This document shows, piece by piece, positions 22,140 through 36,634 of a stretch of 64,000 nt of DNA. The notes beneath the pieces were generated by a model. The model was not told where the DNA came from. It ran no database searches and was given only the letters and a program-made list of their open reading frames with translations. Both the position numbers and the translations under genes were made by a program. Within the stretch, counting starts at the first letter, position 1; every line of letters begins with the position of its first letter. Source of the DNA: Eledone cirrhosa (taxonomy: Eukaryota); the NCBI GenBank assembly GCA_964016885.1, contig OZ024741.1:234732001-234796000 (forward strand), given 5' to 3'.

Positions 22140-24345
22140 TACACTACACCATGTCCTGACCACTACATCGTATACAACATAACACCATGTCCTGACCACT
22201 ACACTACATCCTATACAACATAACACCATGTCCTGACCACTACATCGTATACAACATTACACCATGTCCTGACCACTACACTACATCCTATACAACATTA
22301 CACCATGTCCTGACCACAACACTACATCCTATACTACATAACACCATGTCCTGACCACAACACTACATCCTATACTACATAACACAATGTTCTGACCACT
22401 ACACTACATCCTATACATCATTACTCTATATCTGACCACTACACTACATCCTATACAACATTACACCATGTCCTAACCACTACACTACATCCTATACATT
22501 ACACCATGTCCTGACCAGTACACTACATCCTATACAACATAGCACCATGTCCTGACCACTACATCCTATACAACATGACACCATGTCCTGACCACAACAC
22601 TACATCCTATACATTACACCATATCCTGACCACTACTTTACATCCTATACAACACTAAACTATGTCCTGACCACAACCCTACACCATCTCCTGACGACTA
22701 CACTGCATCCTATACAACATTACACCATGTCCTGACCACAACACTACATCCTATACAACATAACACCATGTCCTGACCACTACACTACATCCTATACAAC
22801 ATAACACCATGTCCTGACCACAACACTACATCCTATACAACATTACACCATGTCCTGACCACAACACTACATCCTATACAACATGTCCTGACCACAACAC
22901 TACATCCTATACAACATAACACCATGTCCTGACCACTACACTACATCCTATACAACATAACACCATGTCCTGACCACAACACTACATCCTATACAACATT
23001 ACACCATGTCCTGACCACAACACTACACCCTATACAACATTACACCATGTCCTGACCACTACACTACATCCTATACAATATTACTCTATATCTGACTACA
23101 CTACATCCTATATAACATTACACCATGTCCTGACCACAACACTACATCCTATACAACATGTCCTGACCACAACACTACATCCTATACAACATTACACAAT
23201 GTCCTGACCACAACACTACACCCTATACAACATTACACCATGTCCTGACCACAACACTACATCCTATACAACATTACACCATGTCCTGACCACAACACTA
23301 CATCCTATACAACATTACACCATGTCCTGACCACTACACTACATCCTATACAATATTACTCTATATCTGACTACACTATATCCTATACAACATTACACCA
23401 TGTCCTGACCACAACACTACACCCTATACAACATTACACCATGTCCTGACCACAACACTAAATCCTATACAATATTACTCTATATCTGACTACACTACAT
23501 CCTATACAACATTACACCATGTCCTGACCACAACACTACACCCTATACAACATTACACCATGTCCTTATCACAACACTACATCCTATACAATATTACTCT
23601 ATATCTGACTACACTACATCCTATACAACATTACACCATGTCCTGACCACAACACTACATCCTATATAACATTACACCATGTCCTGACCACAACACTACA
23701 CCCTATACAACATTACACCATGTCCTGACCACAACACTAAATCCTATACAATATTACTCTATATCTGACTACACTACATCCTATACAACATTACACCATG
23801 TCCTGACCACAACACTACACCCTATACAACATTACACCATGTCCTTATCACAACACTACATCCTATACAATATTACTCTATATCTGACTACACTACATCC
23901 TATACAACATTACACCATGTCCTGACCACAACACTACATCCTATACAACATTACACCATGTCCTGACCACAACACTACATCCTATACAACATTACACCAT
24001 GTCCTGACCACAACACTACACCCTATACAACATTACACCATGTCCGTATCACAACACTACATCCTATACAACATTACACCATGTCCTTATCACAACACTA
24101 AATCCTATACAATATTACTCTATATCTGACTACACTACATCCTATATAACATTACACCATGTCCTGACCACAACACTACATCCTATACAACATTACACCA
24201 TGTCCTGACCACAACACTACACCCTATACAACATTACATCATGTCCTTATCACAACACTACACCATCTCCTGACCACTACACTGTATCCTATACAACATT
24301 ACACTATGTCTTGACCACAACACTACATCCTATACAACGCTACAC
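22140..24345. repeat. 41-bp minisatellite, roughly 55 units
   Basis: Unit acaccatgtcctgaccacaacactacatcctatacaacatt, with recurring shorter variants such as actctatatctgactac. Confidence 0.97.
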
Positions 24346-27300
24346 TACAATCTATACAATATGGCCCTGACTGCCCCATCACACAGGTACTGTTTGTCAA
24401 ACTGTACACTCAAACTATGGCAACAGGTTGACCAGTCTGATCCATGATGTGGTCCTGTTTATTTTCAGGACAGCGATGATTGAACAGTCGAATTGACATT
24501 CCCGTCGACCCTCATCCCGTTTTGTTTTTCTCTATATATCTAGGTCGTGAGGCCACCTGTTCTATTCATAGTTGAGATTAGTTAAGTAAGTAAACTAAAC
24601 CGCCGCCTCCACCCGGAATAAGGCCGACGACGATGAACCATTGAACGAGCCTCTATCAACATGGTCACTCGACGTGATTACGAGCAAAATCTTTCTGAGA
24701 AAAGGAACGATACATTGAATCATGTATTCCATGATTTATATGAAAAAGATTAGATGATCATGATTGGAATGACTTTGATTGAAGGTTTTCTCGATTAAGG
24801 TTGGCCGGAGACTAAACACCCCCGAATCAATGATTGACCTTCTACGTTGTCGTTCAACCCGGTAGAAATAGCAACCAATTTTTTCTTAAATCAATTCCCA
24901 CTAGATTACGCAAGGAGATGATATAGTGTACACTTTTGTATTATTTAAAAAACAAAGTGATGGTCGTGGCTGTAACGCATTTGACCATAGGTCTGCTGGA
25001 TGAGAGCTGACTTAGAGTTAAGTAACAGCAACAACACTGATAATTTTCCTTTTGTTATAAGCGAGATATTCTAAATATATAGGAGGAGCAGGAAAAAAAG
25101 GTGGTAAAAATGTGTTTTTCCTAATGATGTTAGTGAAATAAGTGAAACGTTTCTAACTGGAAATCGAAACTGTGTTGCGGGTTTGGTAATTTGGAAATGT
25201 TTGCAGCCAAGTCTGGTGAACTAAGGTGATTCTAAAGTAAAGTTTACCTGTGTATGTAACACGAGCTGCTGAAAAAATTCTATGTGGTTGCTTGACCTGT
25301 TAGGGATAACAGTCAAATTTCTTTACACTCAATCGTTTAGAAAATGGAAAGATATAAGGTAATCTAACCCTAGATACGCAATGCTCGATAAAGAGGCGGT
25401 AGTTACCGTGGTTAACCTGAAGCACTGACCAGCAATGATTATTGTTGAGGCGATTAGCTATCCACATTTAACTGTGTTTTATTTTATTTAATGAATGGGG
25501 AAAGACAGACTAAAGACAACTTAAAAATTGACAGTTCCATACAGTCGATAACCATTTTTGACTTTCATCGCTTCTAAATTTGATTTCAAATCAAATCTGA
25601 CCTAATTTCTGTCATTTCTTACACGTAATATCCGACTACTGGAAAAAAAAATTAATTTAAATTAAAACAATTATTCAGAAATTGTAATAATAAAGAAAAA
25701 ATAAAATAATAATAGAAAGACAAAATAAACTTCATAGTTTATTAATTCTCTTCGATTAAAAAAAAAATAAAACCCAATAAAAATTATCTATCTATCTATC
25801 TCTCTCTATATATATATATATGTATAAACACACACATTAGTGTGTGTTTATAATATATATATATATATAAGTGAAGGTGTGTAAATATATATCTATATAA
25901 TATATACGTGCATACAGATATATATGTGTACATATACAACACAATGTAGGTAGCAGTTTATAATATCAAAAGTAGTGCGAGTCTATCGAGATTTACTGCG
26001 GGCTTAACACTAAAAATGGCCACCCAACGTTAAAAGTGTAAAAATTCTCAAGATACACACATAAAACAAACAAACAACATAAAAGAAAAGACAATCCAAA
26101 ACAAAAATATAATCGTCTCAGAAAGAACAACAACCTAACATTATATGTAAGTAAGAAAGGAAAATTGAATATAAATACTTGATTGGTACCCATGAAGTAA
26201 GTGTATAAACTGTGTCTATCAAATACACATATGTCGTCCCCTCCCCATTATAGTGGATTTCTTCCATGATTTTATATATATATATATATTAAACATATAT
26301 ATATAATATATATATATATAAAACATATATATATAATACATATATATATACACACATATATACACACATAATATATATATATATTTATACACACACACAT
26401 ATACATTGCGTGGTTAGTTGTCAACTTTGGGTAAAATTTGGGTGCGTTTCTTAGCTTTTTTCCTTGTTATTAGTTAATTTTTAATGCTAAAACGCATATA
26501 TATATATATACACTTCAAGGAAACATTACTTTCGTATAAAACATACGTTCGCATGTAATATATATATAGTTGAAATGAACGAACAAAACACAGGAGGTAA
26601 TTGTATATATATATATATATGTATGTGTGTGTGGTGCGTCTCACTATTCTTTTGATTCGCAACTTTATATATATATACATGAAAGAATATTGTGTAATAT
26701 CTACGTACATGTATATGATTGAATGAATGGATATATTTAAAAGATATCTACATGCGTACGTATATATATATATATACACTGAATGTGTAAGTATCATTTG
26801 TTCTTAATGTCGAATATTTGAACGGACGATTTGATTGTTCTTATTATTAATGATAGTTCACAACCCTTGTGGTTAATAAAGAAAGCATTATTAATGATAG
26901 TTCTGGTGTGTTCCTGTTGCCAGCAACGTCTCTCTTGGAAGGCACGCCAAAATGTAAGGGAATTCCTTGCTGACCAGCTTTTATCGAGGGGATTGTAGTG
27001 GTAGCAGTGACAGGGGAACTGGAGGAGAAAAGTAGTAATAACAACAAACCCATCCTTCTATACATAAGCTAACAAGAGAGAAGGCTTTATCGGGTTGTTC
27101 TACGTGCTAGAAATAGCAGCCAAATCTCCCCCGTCTTACGTATATTGCACAAGGTAATTTTAGATTTAGAAAAAGAAGTGATGGACAGCCAAATCTCTTG
27201 TATTAAAAAATGGAATATCATGTTGCACAGTGTAGTCCTAGAAATACAAAAAGAACCATAGGTCTTCTTGATTAGACCTGATCTTAGATTAACAACTATT

Positions 27301-29315
27301 ATGTACAAGACCTAACAAATAGAAATAGAAAAATGTATTGCAAATTACACAATTGTCTTTGAAAAAAGGATGGACATGTTGGGCATTGTGTTCCTAGATA
27401 CACTGTCTGAAAATGGAATGTCTTTGGTCATGTTTCTTGGATCAGGGACACTTGTGACTAAACAACTAGAGCACAAATGGCTGCCTTACCATGGTTAAAA
27501 TATTAAAATACCACCATTATTATAATTACTGAGGGTGGTATGTTCTGACACCAAAAGCCGATTTAAACAGAAAGAGGTGAGAGAATTCTGGCCAGATATG
27601 GCCGGTTTAAATGCTAAAGGGTTAAGTGGTTGATGAAATAAAGTGCCTGTGAAATACTGTGATTGATATTATCTATCACACAACTCCGCCTCGAATTTAT
27701 GGCCTGGTGGCTCATCATCGTTTTTATATTTCATTTCCACATTAGTGTGAGTGGACAGGTTGTTATGTTCTGAGGTTAGACTGGTCAGGTGACTATGTCT
27801 TGCTCATACATTCTATATTTGTCAGGGTTTCTATTGCTGGATGCCCTTCCTAACATCAACCTTACTGGGTGTATTTTTTTGAGCACTGGCACTACCACAT
27901 TACAAAATGGATGAGGTGTGTTTTAACGTGGTACCAACACTTTACTGGGTGTGTTTTATCAGGGTACCAGTACTAGAGAAGTTGTCTATATTTATATATT
28001 ATTTTTTGCTGTTTAGTAAGAAAGAGAAAGGCAGTGTCCATGGCTGTTTTAGGGCTTCTAATACTAGTGAGTGGGAGGCATGGGGCAAGGTGTCAGATCA
28101 TCTATGAAATCACCTTTAATGGACTGATATCTTATCCAGTAAATGTCATGAAAGCAAGCCTAAGAAATGGTCTTTAATAGCCTTGCACCTAGTACATTGT
28201 GTAAGGTAGTTGGCGACAGGAAGTGCATCCAGCTGTGAAATCATGCCAGATATGGAATGTATCAGCAAGATTGGTTGCTTTTTTGGGACCGTGACAACCA
28301 GTCCAACCCATGCCAATGTGGAAAGTGGACATAAAAATGATGATGATGAGTTAGGAGGAAGGGTGGCATTCCTGATCCTTTTTAAGCCTCTGAAACTGGT
28401 AAGAGGAGGAAGGGAGGAAGTTATCCTTAGTTAGATCTGGCCAGAGTGTGATTTGAGTCCACTAAAGGCACTCAAGTTTCATGTCCTTATTATAAACTAG
28501 ATAATCGATTAACTAATTAATGCCTGCAGTTGTTTACAGGAGTAGCTGTGTCTACTCAGTACTTATTCAGGTCTATGTGGACTGGAGCCAGTGAAAATTA
28601 CTTTTTTGGTACTCACTACATTGGATATTTTTTTAGTTCTTCAGTTTGTTTAAGGCCATCCTGGAGCACTAACTTGGTAATTATAACACACCTAACTAAT
28701 TATATAATTAATATATAATTCTCATTTGTTGTGCTCATAGTTTTTGGCATTAATATATACTGGTTGGATGCCTTTCCTAACACCAGCACCACTTTACAGC
28801 ATGGACTGGGTGCTTTTATTTGTGCCACTAGCACTAGAGAAGTTGTCTTACTGGATTCAGGAGCCCTATCCACCCCTCCATTTTACAGCATGGACTGAGT
28901 GCTTTTATTTGTGCCACCAGCACTAGGGAAGTTGTCTTACTGCACTTAGGGGACTTCTTTATCCCACACCAATTTATTCTGAGTGGTAGCTCTCCTAGAC
29001 GGCTTGCCTATGCTATGGCTTACGGAACCTCCGTCCACCCTGTGTCTGCGCTGAGCGGAACTTGGTTTAATGTGCTATGTGCACAAGTGTTTAGCGTACA
29101 GCGCCAGGCATGCATACTGGAAGGTCATAGATATAGATAGGGTGGATGAATGGGATGAAAAATAGCGATTTCCTAGACTCTGTTATCCTAAACACGGCTA
29201 TTCTATTCCATCTAAGCGATTTTCCGTTACGAATATACGCACGTACACAACACACACATATATATATTAACAGCTATATAAATACAAACAGACATTAGTA
29301 CATATATCTATATAA

Positions 29316-29858
29316 TTAGATTAGCAGGGGGGGGGGGGTTTCTGAGGCCATAGTATCTAGAATGAGGACGGGTTGGAAGAAGTTTAGGGAGCTGCTTCCT
29401 CTGTTGACAAAGAAGGGTTTCTCCCTGCATACAAAAGGCCGGTTATATGATGCCTGTGTGAGATGCGCGATGCTGCATGGTAGTGAGACTGCAGCAACTG
29501 CAGAGGATATGCGGCGGCTGGAGAGAAATGAAGCAAGCATGCTCCGCTGGATGTGCAATGTCAATGTGCCTGAACGACCAATCATAGATGAGTTGAGAGA
29601 GAAACTATGTATAAGAGGGATAAGTTGTAGTGTGCGGGAGAGAAGACTGCGATGGGTAAAGAATTGCCAAGAAAACCCAGTAGAAGGAAGACCATGAAAA
29701 ACATGGGCGGAGGTAGTGAGAGCAGACCTCAGATCGCTGAAGCTCATGGAGGAGATGACAAAGGACCATGACAAGTGGAGAGATGCTGTGCTAAATAGGA
29801 CCCATCCCACCCTTGCAAGCAGGGAAAAGCAGACGTAAAATGATGATGATGATGATGA
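29316..29858 (+). mobile_element. RTE LINE 3' fragment (young family)
   Basis: ORF 29362-29697 and the tail cccacccttgcaagcagggaaaagcagacgtaaaa(tga)n. Confidence 0.92.
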
Positions 29859-29871
29859 ATCTAGATATTAT

Positions 29872-30040
29872 GTAAAGTGTCACGACAAAAAAGCACTCAG
29901 TCCACACTGTAAAGTGGTCGTGTAGGTGCCACGGTAAAAAGGCACCCAATACCCACTGTAAATAAGGTTGGTGTTAGGAAGGGCATCCGGCTGTAGAAAT
30001 CAAGCCAAAATAAGTTCTGTATGAGCAAGACATGGTCACT
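29872..30040 (+). mobile_element. SINE VNTR/core fragment
   Basis: gtcacgacaaaaaagcactcagtccacactgtaaagtggtcg followed by ggtgttaggaagggcatccggctgtagaaa. Confidence 0.75.
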
Positions 30041-30359
30041 TAGGATTGTGTGTCAATCTTAGTTACTACACCCACAACATGTTACCCTAGATAATCCAGT
30101 GTATCTGTCTGGCAAAACTAGTGCCACTCCCCATTTCATGTTTGAGTAATTAACACACCCAGCTGTGACCAAACTTGCTCCAATAATATGTACATTTTAA
30201 AATATGGCAGTTCATTTGTATAAGGTTACAGAAGTTTATTTGTATTTTACAGAGGTTTATAGAATTTTTTTTATTTTTTGTAATATACTTATTTTGTTTT
30301 CGGGTTAACTTCCACTGCAAATATTTTCTACTATAGCCTCAGATTGATCAATGCCTTGT

Positions 30360-31072
30360 AAGACCTATGAAGGCTTGAGATGAGGTGATAACAGTTGACC
30401 TCACATAATTGGCCCTCAAAGGCGATGACATGGGATCGAGATCTCTGGCATTATATGGTAACTAGTATGTCTTAATGCTCCACACTTCACCCATGTCTTA
30501 ACATGCCACCCTTCACTGTTAAGTTTCCCACTCTGGACCTACTTCTCCAATCCCTATTCTACTTACATGCACCCACCCACCATATCCCCAATTTCCACAT
30601 CCGATGCCCCTCTCATGACCAACTCATGCATGCAACCATGGGAAACTGAACATGCTCTCCTACAGTGCTGCTGAAATGGCTAAAAGCTCTCAGTTTACCC
30701 TGTAAGATGGTCATGCTGGTGACACAACAAAAGCCCCTTGTCCACTATATAAGGTGCTCGTGTTGGTGTTATGACAAAAGAGCACCTTTTCATTCTTGTA
30801 AGGTGATAACGACAAAAGAGCACCTAGCCCTCCTTGCAAGGTGACATGACAAATGTACCCATTCCACCCTGTAGAGTGGTCATGTTGGTGGCATGACTAT
30901 AGAATGGTTGGGTTAGTGACATGACAAAGAGCACCAAGTTTTCTCTGCAATGTGGTCATGTGGGTGACTCAACACAGTTCACAATGTAGAGTGGTCGTGC
31001 TGGTGACACAACAAAAATGGTCCAGTCCACACTGCAAAGTGGTCGTGGAGGTGCCACGGCAAAAAAGCACTC
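30360..31072 (+). mobile_element. Composite element: old RTE C-terminus, C-rich linker, VNTR
   Basis: gatgaggtgataacagttgacctc...gatcgagatctctgg corresponds to the RTE WDEVIKADL...DRDLW motif; about eight degenerate 48-bp-type units follow at 30700-31072. Confidence 0.65.
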
Positions 31073-31074
31073 AC

Positions 31075-32320
31075 CACTCCACTTTAACCATCACTACAGA
31101 CTACCAATCCACCATCCCACTTTAACCATTACTGACTACCAATTCACTGTCCCACTTTAACCTTCACTCTACAGACTACCACTCCACTTTAGCCTTCACT
31201 ACAGACTATCAATTCTCTGTCCCATTTTAACCTTCACTCTACAGACTACCAATTCACTGTCCCACTTTAACCTTCACTCTACAGACTACCAATTGACTGT
31301 GCCACTTTAACCATCACTACAGACTACCAATTCACTCTCCCACTTTAACCTTCACTCTACAGACTACCACACCACCATTCCACTTTAACCTTCACTCTAC
31401 AGACTACCAATTCACTGTCCCACTTTAACCATCACTACAGGCAACCAATTGACTGTCCCACTTTAACCTTCACTCTACAGACTACCAATTGACTGTGCCA
31501 CTTTAACCATCACTACAGACTACCAATTCACTGTCCCACTTTAACCTTCACTCTGCAGACTACCAATTCACTGTCCCACTTTAACCTTCACTCTACAGAC
31601 TACCAATTGACTGTGCCATTTTAACCATCACTACAGACTACCAATTCACTGTCCCACTTTAACCTTCACTCTACAGACTACCAATTCACTGTCCCACTTT
31701 AACCTTCACTCTACAGACTACCAATTGACTGTGCCACTTTAACCATCACTACAGACTACCAATTCACTGTCCCACTTTAACCTTCACTCTAGACTACCAA
31801 TTCACTGTCCCACTTTAACCTTCACTCTACAGACTACCAATTAACTGTGCCACTTTAACCATCACTACAGACTGCCAATTCACTGTCCCACTTTAACCTT
31901 CACTCTACAGACTACAAATTCACTGTCCCACTTTAACCTTCACTCTACAGACTACCAATTCACTGTCCCACTTTAACCTTCACTCTACAGACTACCAATT
32001 CACTGCCCCACTTTAACCTTCACTCTATAAACTACCAATTCACTGTCCCACTTTAACCTTCACTCTACAGACTACCAATTCACTGTCCCACTTTAACCAT
32101 CATACAGACTACCAATTCACTGTCCCACTTTAGCCATCACTACAGACTACCAATTCACTGTCCCACTTTAACCATCACTCTACAGACCACAAATTCACTG
32201 TCCCACTTTAACCATCACTACAGACTACCAATTCACTGTCCCACTTTAGCCATCACTCTACAGACTACCAATCAACAGTCCTACTTTAACCTTTACTCTA
32301 CTGACTGCCAATCAACCTTC
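31075..32320. repeat. 40/38-bp minisatellite, roughly 31 units
   Basis: Unit cccactttaaccttcactctacagactaccaattcactgt, with a 38-bp variant containing accatcactacag. Confidence 0.97.
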
Positions 32321-33129
32321 CATTTTATCTCATTCTACTACTCCACTGTCCTATTTTTATGTCAAACTACCAATCCTGCAAACAAGTTGGACCTAATTGT
32401 TGCTGCCTAATATTTTGTAGCAGTTGAAGAATATTTAGTTTCATTTGTTGCTTCAGTATGGCCTTAGGCATCTACAGAGAAGCTTCTAGTAAAGTGCTCT
32501 AAGGTATTTTATTTATCGATCCAAAAAGGATGAAAGGCAAAGTTTACTTCTATGGGATTCGAATGCAAAGAGCTGGAATAAATACTGCAAGGCCTTTTGC
32601 CTGATGTTTAAATAATTCTACCAATTAATTCCCTTGGGTGTGATTTGAGGGAATTTAGCTGCTATTTCTAGTAAGTTGAATTGCTATGAAGAGGCTTTAT
32701 TAACTTGAGATATGCACAAGTGTATGTGTTTGTCTGTGTGTGTGCTTGTGTATATATATGTATATATATGCACAGGGACATAGTTTGGTGCTTAAGCATG
32801 TGGTTAGGCTACCAGGAGTGAGAGACCCCTGGCTTTTGTTAGCACATCACAGGAAAACTCTAATGTGTCTCAGTGGCAGCCAATGATATTGACCTGTTCT
32901 TCTTCTTTTTGGATACCTGTCACCGTTGTTCGGGGAATGGGATTGGTCCAGTGCAAGGCTAGTGACTGATGACACATGAGAATAAAGCTGTGGATGTGAG
33001 TGTAGAATGACATAAAAATATCTGATTGTATGCATGTAGATACATACATGTATATACATAAAGGGAAAGTTGACCCCTAGTACAGAGGTATTGGTTTAAG
33101 GGACTGCTAAGGCATGACTATGGTATGGT

Positions 33130-33916
33130 TTAACTCTTTCATTACCAAATTTCTCATGAAAGACACTGCTTATGATTTTCAAATAATTTTGAATATATTC
33201 AAGAATTTTGAAGAATTTAGTAATATAACTTTCTTATTTTCCAGTTAGTGTTTGGGGCATGACTTAAAAAAGATACTCCTCCTCCTCCTATTGAGAGTGT
33301 CGTGAAGGCAGAGTCCTGAAACACTCCTAGCAGGTTCTGTCAGAAACAACCACCTCCAACTGATCCGGCTGGATCCCCAAGCAAGACCAGCCGAGCTCAT
33401 TGATGGTATCCAACCATCTTGCTCGGGGTCTACCCTTGGGTCTCCTGCCAGTTGGTTTTGCTTGTAAAATCTGTTTAGCGATTCTTTCCTGAGACATTCC
33501 AATCATATGCTCATAATATCGGAGCTGTGATCTCTCAATTCGGAGAAGTAGCAGCTCTACCTAAGCGACTTTCAGATCTCTGAGCTATGCACTCTGTTGA
33601 GTAATGTTACTCCAAAAACCCTTCCGAAGAACCACATTTCGGACACTTGTATTCGCAATCATGTTCTTTCGGTCATTACCCAAGATTCATAACCATAGGT
33701 AAGGGTTTGCACAAATACCAGATTGAAGATAGTGAGTTTGGCTTTTACACCTACCTCTTTTCTTCTGATGACCAAATGCTTCAGCATTTGGTAAAAAAGA
33801 TTCTTTCATAAAATTGTAATGTAAGGTTTTTATATAAATATAAACACTTCAAAACAAGTAGTTTTGTATCATAGAACCAAGGGGCTGTTTCTAGCAGGTT
33901 GGTAATGATAGAGTTA
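33130..33916. mobile_element. piggyBac-like MITE interrupted by an RTE fragment (33280-33770, minus strand)
   Basis: The ends are the reverse complement of the 20695 MITE ends. The insert reads RLRWYG-like, then ...PRVDPEQDGW (a GRPRARW-type C-terminus) with a (gga)n tail. Confidence 0.6.
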
Positions 33917-34574
33917 GAGTTAACAGAGTGGGGATTTCTGTTAAAATATAAATTAAGAGAAATTTTAATTTAGGTAACTGTGATAAGGGAGGTAATTGTA
34001 TATACTACACGTTGCTTGTGTCACCTGTTATCTTTCTGCACTAATTTTACTTGCTACTACACTTTCCAATACTCATACAGCCTCTCTCTCATATATATAT
34101 ATACATACATCTACTGACACACTCACACATACAGTGTTACATTTATATAGAGTTATCAATACTGACATAAATATATCCTCAGTGGTGCCTGCATACACTG
34201 AAACACATCTTTCTCCGTAGTACATACATACCCTAATACACATGTTCCTTACACACACCCTCGCGATAGCATGTTCATACCCTCTATATGCACACTTAAC
34301 TATACATACATATATATATTTCACACACACGCCCAAATGTTATATATCCTCTACACACCTACACACTTACATGCCCTCTATACATACACTCAAACATACA
34401 TATCGTCTTCAAACACATTCAAGTACATACTTCATACATATACACACACACCCTCTACACATACCTTTTACATTCACACTCAAACACATACATACCCTGT
34501 ACATATTCACACATGCCCTCTGAGCACTCAATATACACTAACTGATACCTTCTCCCATGTCATATAATATGAAT

Positions 34575-34892
34575 GTGCATGGCTTAGTGGTTAGGGTGTT
34601 CGGTTCATAATCATAAGGTTTGGAGTTTGATTCCTAGCAGTGCATTGTGTTCTTGAGCAAGACACTTTATTTCACATTGCTTTAGTCCACTGAGCTGGAA
34701 AAAAATGAGCTCTATCTGTAACTCAAAGAACCAACCTTGTCACACATTGTGTAACACTAAATCTCCCTGAGAATTATTTTAAAAATGTATGAGTCTGAAG
34801 AATGCTCAGCCACTTGCATGTTAATTTCATGAGCAGGCTGTTTTGTTGATCAAGCAACTGGAACATTTGTCGTCAGAAATGAGGGAGGTCCA
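34575..34892 (+). mobile_element. tRNA-derived SINE (family B head, different 3' half)
   Basis: tggcttagtgg A box, gagtttgattcc B box and the cttgagcaagacactttatttcacattgc body. Confidence 0.8.
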
Positions 34893-35019
34893 ACATATAA
34901 TGTGATGTGGTGACATTAAAAATGTACATTATTTTGCTCCAGTACTCCTTACTTTATTGTGCAAGTAGATGTGCGTCATGGCTCAGTCCTCAGTCCCCAT
35001 TTGTTTATTATAGTGTACC

Positions 35020-35790
35020 AGTACTGAGGAGTTTAAAACTGATTTTCCATGGAAACTTCTGTATGCTGAATCAGTAGAATCAAAGGTGCTCAGAGTAAAC
35101 TTCGCAACAACTAAAGTTTTAGTAATTATGAAAGAAGACAAGACCTTGATACCATCATGAAAATGGCCATGTTCGATATGTAGGTAGATATTCTATATAG
35201 TGAAGTAGAAGAGGTGTGGGATTACAGGCAACCTAGCAGAGAAAATAGACTTTGTTTGGGACATAATCTTGGTGGTAGTAATAATATCAATGAAAATATA
35301 CGCTTTTCATTCCATAGAAATAGTTAATAGTTTTTATTAGCTAAGTAACCTAATTAGTAGTGGAGGAGGTTCTAAAAGTTTAGTAGCTAGAATGAGAACA
35401 AGTTTGAAAAAGAACTAGTATCTCTGTTGGTAATAAAGGGGTTTATTCTTCAAATGAAAGATAGATTGTATATATAACGTCCATAGGAAAGTGTGATGTT
35501 TCATACCAATGAATGAAAACTGAACATAAGAGGGATCAGTTGGTAGCATGTAGGAGAGATGGTTGCACTGGTAAGGACATATAATGCACATGGATGATGA
35601 TCATTGGGTGAAGAAGTGCCAGGAGTTTCATATGGAAGGAAGCCATGGCAGTGGGGGTGAAAGGTAATCTCAAGAAATTGAAGCTCACAAATGAGATGGC
35701 TAAGGAAAGAAACAAATGGTGAGAGGCTGTACTGTAGAGGATTCAGCTAACCCATAGGAATATGGAAAAATGGATGGAAAAACAATGATA
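35020..35790 (+). mobile_element. Highly decayed RTE 3' fragment
   Basis: Homologous to 14305-15300: ccatggaaacttctgtatgctga, aaatggccatgttcgatatg and gatcattgggtgaagaagtgccagg. Confidence 0.75.
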
Positions 35791-35984
35791 ACTGCAGTAC
35801 TTTTTCTAGCTCTTTATGTTCTGAGTTTGAATCCTGTTACAGTCAACTTGTCCTTTCATCGTTCTTGGTTGATAAAGTAGCAGTGAAGTTTTCTTTGTAT
35901 TTACTTGACTTAGCTTCTGCTTCTTTTTAATGGTAATGTTGTTTTTGTTTTTTTTGTAGTTTTTCAATTTTCATTAAATTATAT

Positions 35985-36014
35985 TTTATTAATTTGTTTT
36001 TTGTTTTGTTTCAG
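35985..36014 (+). other. 3' splice acceptor of the right ZNF terminal exon (exon starts at 36015)
   Basis: aatttgttttttgttttgtttcag|atg: a long pyrimidine tract 620 nt upstream of the ATG. Confidence 0.65.
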
Positions 36015-36502
36015 ATGTGGTAAACAACATAGATGTCTCCAGTTCATTCACTCAAGTTGGTGCAGCTTTCTAATATCAAGAACGCCATCTTCTTTGGGTG
36101 TCCTGTGTTCACTAAAGATGAGCTATAGTACAAATAATGACCTACATCAAATGTACTGAGGGAGCTGGTGGTGATGATGGAAAGGATATCAGTTCTGTGT
36201 TCAGATGATGTTTTCCAACCCTCTCCTACAGGCCTTCCACATCACTGGATTCTTATTGGGTCCCTCAACTGACATTTGAACCTGTACCCTGTTTAACTCT
36301 ATGTGTTGCCAATCCAAGAGGCTGAGTGAATCAGAGAATCTTGTTTGGATTGGTGTAGAGAGCTATTCCTATTTCACTTACTACTGGTCTTACCATAAAT
36401 CTACATTGGAAAGCATATATAAATAGACTTTTATATAACTAGACATTCCAACATAAGCGTATAACATACAGATATATATATATATAAGTATATATATATG
36501 TG

Positions 36503-36542
<40 letters not shown>

Positions 36543-36634
36543 CACACACATACATACATATTTATATGCATGCTGTTGTCACAACCAAGCTCCTAAATGC
36601 ATGCATATAACTGCACACCGCAAATTGTTGCGTT

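Noticed and set aside
22140-24345. CRISPR-like regular array
   Set aside because: Units are head-to-tail with no unique spacers, there are no cas genes and the context is eukaryotic. The same applies to 31075-32320.
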